Source: Candidatus Poseidoniales archaeon
Lineage (GTDB): Archaea; Thermoplasmatota; Poseidoniia; Poseidoniales; Poseidoniaceae
Assembly (NCBI GenBank): GCA_038144595.1
Contig: JAYQOB010000008.1
Coordinates: 151,871-215,870, forward strand
Direction: 5' to 3'
Length of the DNA: 64,000 nucleotides
Under the pieces are notes generated by a model. That model did not search any database. It had not been told where the DNA came from and saw only the letters and a program-made list of their open reading frames with translations. The position numbers and the translations under genes are program-made. Shown here piece by piece: positions 47,881 through 56,744 of this stretch; the stretch's first letter is position 1, and each line of letters begins with the position of its first letter.

Positions 47881-48684
47881 TCAGGAATTCACCACCCATC
47901 GTCCGCCGGACCATTCGATGTTCATCCCGTCACTCAGGTGGATGACATGGTCGGCAAACACGGGAAATTCCGATTCGAGAACGGTGGGAAACGAGGACGC
48001 TTCGTCAATGTAGGTGTGGGTGATGCCCAGCGGTGTCGAACACCGCTCCGAGAGGGCGCGAACATCCATCGGTTTGTGATGATGGGTTGAAGGAACCCAA
48101 TCGGGAAAACCCATCTCCAGGATGGCAAAGTTCGAGCGCTCGATGGCGTCGTAAAGCGTGTCGCACGGGCCGGAGTCACCGCTGTGGACGAAGGACGCAC
48201 CGCTCGGGTGCTCGAAGCGGTAGCCGTGGGGTTCCACGGCATCGTCATGATGCACCTCGAACCGTTCCCAGCGCCACCCGTCATCGAGTTCACCGACGTC
48301 GTCCATGACCCAGGTGACATGGTCGATCATGCTGTCAAGTGAACCGGGGAAGGCCAGCTGGCACAATTGGGTGAGCCGTTCCTTCACGAACGGGGTTCCT
48401 ACCACGGTCAGCGGCGCAACGCCCTCGCGGTCCGAGATGTACTTTCGCTCCAGAAGTAGAAACGGAAAGCCGAACACATGGTCCCCGTGCACGTGGGTGA
48501 CGAACACGGTTCGGAGGTCGGCGATGTTCATGCCGTGCCGTCGAAGCCCCGCCAGCGCCGTTGGAGGAGCGTCGATGACGTGCTGCTGGTCGAACATGGC
48601 GAACGAGTGATGCCGTCCGTGCGGGAGAAAGGCGTTCCCCGTGCCGAGCATGTCGATGCGGGGGGCCATGGCACTCGGAGTCAT
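47881..48684 (-). CDS. MBL-fold metallohydrolase (RNase Z-like)
   Basis: LGTGNAF, THVHGDHVFG, HSGDSG. Confidence 0.85.
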   Translation of the reverse strand: MTPSAMAPRIDMLGTGNAFLPHGRHHSFAMFDQQHVIDAPPTALAGLRRHGMNIADLRTVFVTHVHGDHVFGFPFLLLERKYISDREGVAPLTVVGTPFVKERLTQLCQLAFPGSLDSMIDHVTWVMDDVGELDDGWRWERFEVHHDDAVEPHGYRFEHPSGASFVHSGDSGPCDTLYDAIERSNFAILEMGFPDWVPSTHHHKPMDVRALSERCSTPLGITHTYIDEASSFPTVLESEFPVFADHVIHLSDGMNIEWSGGRWVVNS

Positions 48685-48800
48685 CGCGCCTTCTTCTTCC
48701 CATCGGTGGGCGAGGTTTGCCGTAGGGATGCGAGGGCATACCAAGGATGATATAGCCACCTTTGGTGCCAAAATCAACCCCCGTGGTTTGAGGTGACGCA

Positions 48801-50051
48801 ATGAGTGACTGGTCCGCAAAAAACCCCTACATGACACAGATTACGGAGAACTTCATCCTCAACGGCGAAGGCTCGAGGAAAGAGACCCGCCACATCGTGT
48901 TCGCGCTCGGCGATTCGGGCCTTGACTACAAGGTCGGCGACGCCCTCGGCGTGATCGCTGAAAACCCTCCTCACATCGTGGATGAACTGCTCGAAGTGCA
49001 GGGCTGGGGCCGAGAGGCGACGGTGACCACCCACAACGGGGAGCGCACCCTTTACGACGCGCTCAAGAAAGATTTCGAGGTCCACATGGCGAACAAGAAA
49101 TTCGTGAAGTCGCTTGCAGAAAAAGTGGTGTCCAGCGGAATGAAGATCAGCATGAGCATCGTGTCTCGCACCCGCAACGATGCGACATGGTCCGCCACCG
49201 ACGACCAGCAAACGCCTCCTGCGCTCCGCCCCTCCGTGCCATCGGACGACCCTGCTGCTCAGGTCGAGGCCATCACCGCCGACACCAAGGCCATCGAGGA
49301 CTACCTGTGGACCCGAGATTACGTGGACATCATGCGAGAATTCGACGTGAAGTACTCGCCTGAAGAATTCCTCGAACTGGCTGACCGCCTCAAGCCTCGC
49401 CTCTACTCCATCGCCTCGTCCCACGACGCCCACCCCGGCTTCGTCGAGCTGACCGTCGGCATCGTCCGTTTCGAATACAACGGTCGAGCCCGTGGTGGTC
49501 TGTGCACGCAGTTCATGGCCGATGAAATCGACACGTCCGGTGCGCCCATCGGCGTGTTCATGTCGCCCACCAAGTCGTTCATCCTCCCCGAGGACAAAGA
49601 CACAGACATCATCATGGTCGGGCCGGGCACGGGCATCGCACCGTTCCGTGCCTTCATGGAACAGCGTGTCTTTGACGGTGGTTCGGGCAAGAATTGGTTG
49701 TTCTTTGGCGACCAGTCCGCCAAGACCGAATTCTACTACAAGGACGAGATTGAGTCGTGGATTGACGAGGGTCATCTTTGGCGATTCACCACGGCTTGGT
49801 CTCGCGACCAGGCTGAGAAAATCTACGTTCAGCACCGCCTCAAGGAGCACGGTGCTGAAGTGTGGGAATGGTTTGAGCGAGGTGCCTATTTCTACATCTG
49901 CGGCGACAAGCAGTACATGGCCAAGGACGTCCACCGAGCCCTCATCGACATCGCCATTGAGCACGGTGGTATGTCCGAGGACGATGCCACGCACTTCATC
50001 GAGAAAACGATGATGCGCGAGCAAAAGCGCTACCTGCGCGACGTCTACTGA
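48801..50051 (+). CDS. FAD/NAD(P)H-binding reductase (CysJ/CPR C-terminal FNR-like module, no flavodoxin domain)
   Basis: ETRHIV, GDALGV, PRLYSIASS, GLCT, GPGTGIAPFR, WLFFG, SRDQ.EKIYVQ, YICGD, RYLRDVY. Confidence 0.88.
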   Translation: MSDWSAKNPYMTQITENFILNGEGSRKETRHIVFALGDSGLDYKVGDALGVIAENPPHIVDELLEVQGWGREATVTTHNGERTLYDALKKDFEVHMANKKFVKSLAEKVVSSGMKISMSIVSRTRNDATWSATDDQQTPPALRPSVPSDDPAAQVEAITADTKAIEDYLWTRDYVDIMREFDVKYSPEEFLELADRLKPRLYSIASSHDAHPGFVELTVGIVRFEYNGRARGGLCTQFMADEIDTSGAPIGVFMSPTKSFILPEDKDTDIIMVGPGTGIAPFRAFMEQRVFDGGSGKNWLFFGDQSAKTEFYYKDEIESWIDEGHLWRFTTAWSRDQAEKIYVQHRLKEHGAEVWEWFERGAYFYICGDKQYMAKDVHRALIDIAIEHGGMSEDDATHFIEKTMMREQKRYLRDVY

Positions 50052-50133
50052 CCAACGGCGCCCGTCCGTTGGGCCGTCGTTCTCGTGGACAGGTGCACCA
50101 AGGCCTCAAAACCCAAAGGTCGCTGTCGCCGAC

Positions 50134-51141
50134 ATGGAGGAAGAGAGCATCGGCTTCAAAGCCCGATTGGTTTCGATGCTTCTGCGCCTCCTGACCTTGG
50201 GGCTCATCGCTGTTGCCCTGATGATTTCCACCGAAGGCATCGTGATCGTGGTGCTGCTGTTTGTCCTCGTCGTACCGTTTGAGAAACTGTTCCCGCGTCA
50301 TCGAGGCCAAAAGGTCAGACGACCTCACTTGGATACGGACGTGGGCTATGCGCTCGCCTCACCGTTGATGGGTCTGCTCACGGGCTTCGTGGCCATCGCC
50401 ATCGGCCTGCTCAGCCTGGCTTGGATTCCCGGACTTCTGGTCGCACCGTACGTTGCCAAGATACCGGCGGCCTATTTGCCGGTGGTTGGGTTTCTGCTGT
50501 TCGACGCCTTGGTGTACTGGACGCATCGCTTCTACCACGAGATTCCGGTGTTGTGGAAGTTCCACGCCATTCACCACTCCACCGAGCACTTGGATTGGGC
50601 CAGTGGGTTCCGCGCTCATCCACTCGACGGGACCATCTTGGCTCCTGCGTTCGTGTTTCTTGTCACTGCAGGCTTTTCCTTCGAATTGACCGGAGCCCTT
50701 GCCGCAGCTCAACTCATTCTCGGATTGTTCCTCCACGCCAACGTGAGGTGGCGACTCAAGTGGCTGCAGCGCCTCATCATCACGCCTGAATTTCATCACT
50801 GGCACCACACCAACGAGCGGGATGCGATTTGGACGAACTACTCCACGTTCCTGCCGCTTTGGGACCAACTGTTCGGGACCTACTTCATGCCGAAGGACCG
50901 ACGTCCACAGTCCTACGGAGTGAACGAACCCATCCCTGACGGCATCCTACGTCAATTGCGCCATCCGTTCAAGGGATGGAGAAACCCGTTGTGGTACCTC
51001 ATCCATCCCTTCCAGTCCCTGCGACGTTCGTTGAGGTTCACGAGAGCCATCCTTCGCTCCATGCGCAAGTCGATGTTTCGCAAGCGGGGCACGAAGCCAT
51101 GGGACATTTATCCGCCTGAGGAGGTCGCAAGAACGCAATGA
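50134..51141 (+). CDS. Sterol desaturase / fatty acid hydroxylase family membrane di-iron enzyme
   Basis: His boxes YWTHRFYH, FHAIHH, FLHAN, FHHWHH. Confidence 0.88.
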   Translation: MEEESIGFKARLVSMLLRLLTLGLIAVALMISTEGIVIVVLLFVLVVPFEKLFPRHRGQKVRRPHLDTDVGYALASPLMGLLTGFVAIAIGLLSLAWIPGLLVAPYVAKIPAAYLPVVGFLLFDALVYWTHRFYHEIPVLWKFHAIHHSTEHLDWASGFRAHPLDGTILAPAFVFLVTAGFSFELTGALAAAQLILGLFLHANVRWRLKWLQRLIITPEFHHWHHTNERDAIWTNYSTFLPLWDQLFGTYFMPKDRRPQSYGVNEPIPDGILRQLRHPFKGWRNPLWYLIHPFQSLRRSLRFTRAILRSMRKSMFRKRGTKPWDIYPPEEVARTQ

Positions 51142-51229
51142 TTGATGTTGCTTCTGGCCCAAGTTCAAGGTGGGTGTTCCTCATGTTGCGACCGCTTTGC
51201 TCATAGATTGAGTCGGCCGACGGGGCGCC

Positions 51230-52570
51230 ATGGGCTTCAAGCGCGTGCTGATTGCCAACCGCGGCGAAATCGCTCTCCGTATCCTTCGCACCCTCCGAGA
51301 CATGGGCATTGAGGCAGCCATCATACACGGCCGAGAAGACCGTTTGTCCCTTCCCGTCCAAATGGCGGACATCGCCTACCCCAACTACCGAGCCAACCCG
51401 CTCGATTCCTACTTGGACATCGAAGCCGTCGTGCAAGCCGCCAAGGAACTCGAATGCGATGCTGTTCACCCCGGCTACGGCTTTTTGGCCGAGAACGCCG
51501 CTTTCGTCGCTCGCCTCGAGGAAGAGGGCATCACCTTCATCGGCCCAGCCTCGGGCGTGATCACGCTGCTCGGCGACAAAATTGAGGCCCGCGCAGCGAT
51601 GGAAGCGGCGGGATTGCCCACGGCCAAAGGCTCGTCCGAACCCATCGCCAGCGCCGAGGTCGCCAGTGCGCTTGCGGATGAAATCGGCTACCCTGTCATC
51701 ATCAAGGCGGCCGCCGGGGGCGGTGGCATCGGCATGCAGATCGTGCAGCAGGCCGACGAGTTCGAGAGTGCGCTCAAACTCTGTCAGTCGCGTGCAAAGT
51801 CGGCCTTTGGCGACGAGCGCGTCTTCGTTGAGAAGTACATTCTGGGCGCGCAGCACGTCGAATTTCAGGTCTTGGCCGACGGCAAGAAGGCCATTCATTT
51901 CGGTGAGCGCTTCTGTTCCATTCAACGCCGTCACCAGAAGTTGGTCGAAGAAGGACCGTGGCTGACCGATGAGAAGCGAACGGAAATCGGTGCTTTGGTC
52001 TGCAAGGGTGCAGAAGCTGTGGGCTACAAGGGCCTGGCCACCTTTGAGTTCCTTCGGGACGCCAATGGCGATTTCTACTTCCTCGAGGTCAATCCTCGTG
52101 TTCAGGTCGAGCACACGGTCACCGAACTCATCACCGGACACAACCTCGTCGAACTCGGCATCCGAGTCGCCCAAGGTGAGGCCTTGCCGATGGAGCAAGA
52201 GGACATCACTTGGCGAGGCCATGCCATTCAATGCCGATTGAACGCCGAGGACCCGCGTGAGTTTGTGCCCAGTCCTGGCCGCCTGTGGGAGTGCCACTTC
52301 CCCAGCGGATTTGGGATTCGCTGCGATACGCACGCCCATGCCGGCTACGAGATGCCGGGCTGTTTTGATTCCCTGCTGGCCAAGCTGTTGGTGTGGGGCA
52401 GGGACCGTGAAGACGCCGTACGTCGCATGAAAACCGCGCTGGATGAAACGATGATCACGGGCGTTGAACACCTCATTCCGCTGCACCGCCGCATCATGGA
52501 CGAGGAAGATTTCAACAACGGTGACATCACGATTCAGTACATTGACATGCACCAAGAGTTGCTGGGGTGA
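51230..52570 (+). CDS. accC: Biotin carboxylase subunit
   Basis: VLIANRGEIA, HPGYGFLAEN, GGGGIGM, CSIQRRHQK, FLEVNPRVQVEH, DSLLAK. Confidence 0.92.
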   Translation: MGFKRVLIANRGEIALRILRTLRDMGIEAAIIHGREDRLSLPVQMADIAYPNYRANPLDSYLDIEAVVQAAKELECDAVHPGYGFLAENAAFVARLEEEGITFIGPASGVITLLGDKIEARAAMEAAGLPTAKGSSEPIASAEVASALADEIGYPVIIKAAAGGGGIGMQIVQQADEFESALKLCQSRAKSAFGDERVFVEKYILGAQHVEFQVLADGKKAIHFGERFCSIQRRHQKLVEEGPWLTDEKRTEIGALVCKGAEAVGYKGLATFEFLRDANGDFYFLEVNPRVQVEHTVTELITGHNLVELGIRVAQGEALPMEQEDITWRGHAIQCRLNAEDPREFVPSPGRLWECHFPSGFGIRCDTHAHAGYEMPGCFDSLLAKLLVWGRDREDAVRRMKTALDETMITGVEHLIPLHRRIMDEEDFNNGDITIQYIDMHQELLG

Positions 52571-52576
52571 GCGAAC

Positions 52577-53501
52577 ATGAGCGTCCTGATCGTTGGTAGC
52601 ATCGCATACGATTCGGTGGAATCGCCCGCTGGTTCCGTCGACAAGGCACTCGGAGGTTCGGCCACCTACGGGGGCCTCTCTTGCCGATTCGTTCAGTCCC
52701 TCCACGGTTCAAGCACCACCGGTTTGGTCGGTGTCGTGGGCGAAGATTTCGCACCCGAAGACCGAGCGTTGCTCGCTTCGGCCGGGTTAAACCTCGAAGG
52801 ATTGGAAGTCGCACCCGGTGAGACCTTTCGTTGGGAAGGCGCCTACCAGGGCTCGATGGCCGAGGCAGAAACTCGCGCCACCTACCTCAACGTGTTCGAA
52901 CATTTCCAGCCGGCCGTCCCCGACGGGCTTCATTCACCGGCGGTCTTGTTCTGTGCCAACTTGCACCCGGAGATTCAGCGGAGCGTGATCAACCAAACCG
53001 AGGCCAAGCGCTTGACCATGCTTGATTCCATGAACCTGTGGATCACCATTGCCAAGCCTTCGCTGCTCGAGGTCATGGGTGCGGTTGACCTTGTCATCAT
53101 CAACGACGGCGAAGGCTCGCATGCTGACGGGCGACGACAACCTCATTCGAGCCATGCATGCCTTGGCTGAGCAAACGAACACGCCGACCCTGATCGTCAA
53201 GCGTGGTGAGCACGGCGTGGTCGCCCTCCACAACGGTGCACTGCTGGCCTTGCCCGCCGTCCCTACGGCGGACGTGGTTGACCCCACGGGATGCGGCGAT
53301 ACCTTCGCTGGCGCGTTGGCAGCCCACCTCTCAGGAGGCGAGGGCGCCGTCAGCCTCGACGAACTTCGTGAAGGGTTGATGGGCGCCACGGTGATGGCCA
53401 GTTTCACCCTCGAAGCGTTTGGGACAGAGGCCCTCACCAACGTCAGTGAGAGCGATTATCTGCAGCGGCTCGCCGAATACAAGGCCATGCTTGGCCACTG
53501 A
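52577..53501 (+). CDS. PfkB family carbohydrate/nucleoside kinase (frameshift near 53114)
   Basis: VGSIAYD, GGSATY, DSMNLWI, NDGE; then KRGEHG and DPTGCGDTFAG in the next frame. Confidence 0.88.
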
Positions 53502-55019
53502 TCACTCGTCGTCCAAGCGAGGGACGTGAACGGTTTCGTCTTCCGCCGTACTGGGACGAAGGTCGCTGAAGGACATCGACGCCAAGCGCCCCTCCTCGGA
53601 CTGGCTGAGTTCATTGGCGGTGGCGAGAAGTTGCGTCCCGATTTCGCTGAGGCGTGCGGCTTCTTCAGGTGCCATCACGCCACCCTCCTCAGATGAAAGG
53701 GAATTCATGACGTGTTGGGTGCGGTTTGGCGGTGTGGAGGCCTCGGTCTGCTCTCGAAGCGCACCCGAGGTCTCCGTGGTCGCATACGGGCTTGGCCGGA
53801 CGAAGGTTGAAGCCCGCTCAAGCACGCTGCTCGAGGTGTCTCGGATTCGGGAAAACACGGTTCCTCCCCGCCGCGCTTTGGGCCGCAAGGTTTCGGTTCG
53901 ACGTGGGCGGAATGGCGACTCTTCGATGGTGGTGGGCGTTTTTGGCCTCAGCAGCGTTGGTGTTTGTTCCACGGGAGACGGCACAGCTTGTGGTGCGCCC
54001 TGGATGTCCTCCCGTTCTTCTTCCACGTCGTCCAAGAGGCCGTCCAGCATGTCTGCATCCAGCACGAGGTCGTCCTCGGTCGGCTCAGGCTCTTCAGGTG
54101 GCTGCTGACCGGGGATGTGGGCGCCGTACTGATTGAGAAACGACGGGAAGAAGGAACCGGATCCATGTTGCTGAATTCCCTGGTACATGGGCGGCGTGGG
54201 ATGGGGGATCAGCACCGGATTGTTCACGGGTGCAGGTCGGTGGTCAGGGGGGTAGGCCGTGGTTTGCACGGCACCGTGAACAGGCTGAAAACTGGAAATG
54301 TAGCCGACAACAGGCTGAGGAGGGGCTGGCTCTGGTTCGAGCGTTGGCATCCATTCGGGCTCAATCTCTCGTTGTTGTTCGAGGGGTTCGATGCCTTCGT
54401 CAGCGGCGAGGAAGCGCTCGAGGGCTTGCGGTGCTTGGAGCGGATTGGGCAACAGTGGGGCGGGTGGGACCTGTGCCTCTCGCCATGAAGTTCCACCCTC
54501 CGCCTCGATGGCTTTCAGTTTGGCTCGTACCTCGGCCATTGAATTGTTGTTGGCGAGGTGATGGAACATGAAACTGAGACGGTTGAGGTCCCGTTCGTTG
54601 CCGAACAGAACATGGGAGTCTCCCGAGGAGGTGTGAATGCTTAGCGTGGGTTTTCGCGTTAAAAACCGGCCGACGATGAGCGCGCTTCCTGCACCGATGA
54701 ACCCCAGCCTGTAGGTGGGCGGCACCACCAGCCGATAGCCAATCCAGACCAAGGCCAGGCCGAGCACCACCAACCACGGAGGGACGAGGTTCGTGGAGTG
54801 GTGGCGCATGGTGGTGATGGCCTGAAGTCGCATGTCCACGGTGGCTTTCCGCTTGCCTTCGATGCTCAGCATGCGCTCATCCAAGGTGATTTTCACCCGT
54901 TCTGAAGGCTCTGCCAACCGGAGGGACAGGAAGATTTCCTGTTCCATCTCGCTGGTTGGTACAGTCCCCTGCCCAATCTCGCGCATCCCAAATCCGAGCC
55001 GGTCGTTTGGGGTTATCAA
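53502..55019 (-). CDS. Hypothetical protein with two TM helices and a long Pro-rich, probably disordered tail
   Basis: Composition only; start uncertain (possibly 54987). Confidence 0.7.
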   Translation of the reverse strand: MITPNDRLGFGMREIGQGTVPTSEMEQEIFLSLRLAEPSERVKITLDERMLSIEGKRKATVDMRLQAITTMRHHSTNLVPPWLVVLGLALVWIGYRLVVPPTYRLGFIGAGSALIVGRFLTRKPTLSIHTSSGDSHVLFGNERDLNRLSFMFHHLANNNSMAEVRAKLKAIEAEGGTSWREAQVPPAPLLPNPLQAPQALERFLAADEGIEPLEQQREIEPEWMPTLEPEPAPPQPVVGYISSFQPVHGAVQTTAYPPDHRPAPVNNPVLIPHPTPPMYQGIQQHGSGSFFPSFLNQYGAHIPGQQPPEEPEPTEDDLVLDADMLDGLLDDVEEEREDIQGAPQAVPSPVEQTPTLLRPKTPTTIEESPFRPRRTETLRPKARRGGTVFSRIRDTSSSVLERASTFVRPSPYATTETSGALREQTEASTPPNRTQHVMNSLSSEEGGVMAPEEAARLSEIGTQLLATANELSQSEEGRLASMSFSDLRPSTAEDETVHVPRLDDE

Positions 55020-55076
55020 ACCACCGATGATGGTCCGGCATGACCGCAGGAATAAGCGGCGTGGGCTCGAACGCCG

Positions 55077-56102
55077 TCAGGCGTCGTCTCGCACCAGAAC
55101 GGCTGAACCCATGATGCGGGGTTTTGAGTCGAGTTGGGCGATGAGGACCGAGGGCGGGTTGTCCTTTCGGATGAACAAGGGTTGGTCCCATTCGACCACC
55201 AGCGATTCACCGGATGCATCGGCCACACGACCCACGACAAACTGCAGGTCCACGCTGGCGTGAATCACGTCGCCTTTGGCGAGCACTCGCTTTTGGAACG
55301 GCGAAATCGTCAGCTGGACGGTCGACCGTTGATGCTGTTCAACGGCCAGTGGCACGGAGATGTTGGCTCGCTTGTCCTCCACCGGTGGATGAACGATGAT
55401 GGTGCCTCCCGTCAGGTGTTCTTCCTTGGCGTTGCGAAGCGCCAGACCGACTCGGTCGCCTGCGCTGGCCACATCGACATCGTCGTCCATGACCTGGAGC
55501 GATTTGGCGTTCCCTGTACCGTTGGCCGGCAGGAGCAACACCTCGTCGTGGACGTTGACCTTGCCGGATTGAACGTAGCCGATGGCTACCAAACCGATGC
55601 CTTTGACGTTGAAATGCTGGTCAACGGGGAGCACGAGGGGGGCGTTGGCGTTGGCTTCCAACACCCCTTGGATTTCGTCCATCAGGGCGTACATGCGCTC
55701 GCGAAGGTGGACGCCGTCGTTGCGCTCGAAGGTCCACGATTCGAGCCCGACCTGTTTGAACAGCATCTTGACTTGGTCCTCGTTGACCCAACCGCCTTCA
55801 GGTGGATTCACCACGGCCAAGCCTCGCTTGATGCCAGCGCTGGCAAACGCGACCAAGACTTCACCCAGCGAAGCGTCCACGGCGGTCACCTCGATGATCC
55901 CGGCGTGAGAGGTCGACAGGGCGTTGAGGAATGGAGGGAGCCGCTCGGGGTATTTGGCGGGACGAATGAGCGAGAGAATGCGTGCGCCGTCCGGGCCGCT
56001 CTCTTTGTTCACGTAGGTGTGAACGTCCCGTTGGTCGGCCGCTTTGGCGATGCTTCGAGCCAGTTCATCGGATGCGATTACAGCGACGTTGAGCACGACC
56101 AT
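55077..56102 (-). CDS. EF-Tu/SelB-like protein with degenerate G-domain
   Basis: Domain II motifs VDQHFNVKGIG, KSLQVMD.D, GDRVGLAL; no GxxxxGK[ST] at the N-terminus. Confidence 0.8.
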   Translation of the reverse strand: MVVLNVAVIASDELARSIAKAADQRDVHTYVNKESGPDGARILSLIRPAKYPERLPPFLNALSTSHAGIIEVTAVDASLGEVLVAFASAGIKRGLAVVNPPEGGWVNEDQVKMLFKQVGLESWTFERNDGVHLRERMYALMDEIQGVLEANANAPLVLPVDQHFNVKGIGLVAIGYVQSGKVNVHDEVLLLPANGTGNAKSLQVMDDDVDVASAGDRVGLALRNAKEEHLTGGTIIVHPPVEDKRANISVPLAVEQHQRSTVQLTISPFQKRVLAKGDVIHASVDLQFVVGRVADASGESLVVEWDQPLFIRKDNPPSVLIAQLDSKPRIMGSAVLVRDDA

Positions 56103-56142
56103 GAGGTGCCGAGATGGCAGCGATTGAAGAACCAATGGGTGG

Positions 56143-56646
56143 TCAGGCTTCTCGCTTGGCTTTCTGTGCCAGCATGTTGTCCCGAATGGCCTTGGCCTTG
56201 GCCCACTCGGCTTGCTCCTCCTCGGATTCGGGGGTGAATTGAGGTACGGGGATGGGTCGCATCATGGAATCAATGGCGACGAAAAAGAAGTAGCCTTCGC
56301 AGATGATGCTTTTCTCCCACGTTGCTTTGCTCATCGTGTAGGCCGTCACTTTGGTGCACGCCGTGTGGCTGCTGGTGTAGACCACTTGCCCGGACACCTC
56401 GAGAAGATCGCCCTGCCGTGCCGGAGCGATGAAGGTCAGCGTGTCGATGGAGATGGTGACGAATTCCCGATGCGCAAACTTCGCACAGGCGATACCGCCC
56501 GCTTTGTCCATCAGCGAAAGAAGTCGACCGCCGAAGAGGGTATTGTAGGCGTTCGTGTCCTGCGGAAACACTTCTTCGATGAGGGTCACCGGTTCGGTTG
56601 AGTAGGGTTCCATGGTCCTTCCAAGGTGTTCACCCTCATAACTCAT
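56143..56646 (-). CDS. Acyl-CoA thioesterase (hotdog fold, YciA-like)
   Basis: FPQDTN...TLFGG.LLSLMD, VT.SID..F..P...GD, FVAID. Confidence 0.88.
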   Translation of the reverse strand: MSYEGEHLGRTMEPYSTEPVTLIEEVFPQDTNAYNTLFGGRLLSLMDKAGGIACAKFAHREFVTISIDTLTFIAPARQGDLLEVSGQVVYTSSHTACTKVTAYTMSKATWEKSIICEGYFFFVAIDSMMRPIPVPQFTPESEEEQAEWAKAKAIRDNMLAQKAKREA

Positions 56647-56744
56647 CTTGACGAGGTGAGGGAGATATGCAGAAAACGGGGAGGATGTCTTGAAAGCGAC
56701 GAGATTTTAGGGGGACAAACCTTCGCGGAGGTGCAGGTGACACC

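Noticed and set aside
48801..50051. Assimilatory sulfite reductase (cysJ) call
   Set aside because: It lacks the FMN flavodoxin domain and no cysI or cysH is nearby, so the gene symbol was withheld.
55077..56102. True SelB indicating selenocysteine use
   Set aside because: No GTPase motifs, no domain IV, and no in-frame UGA selenoprotein seen in the window.
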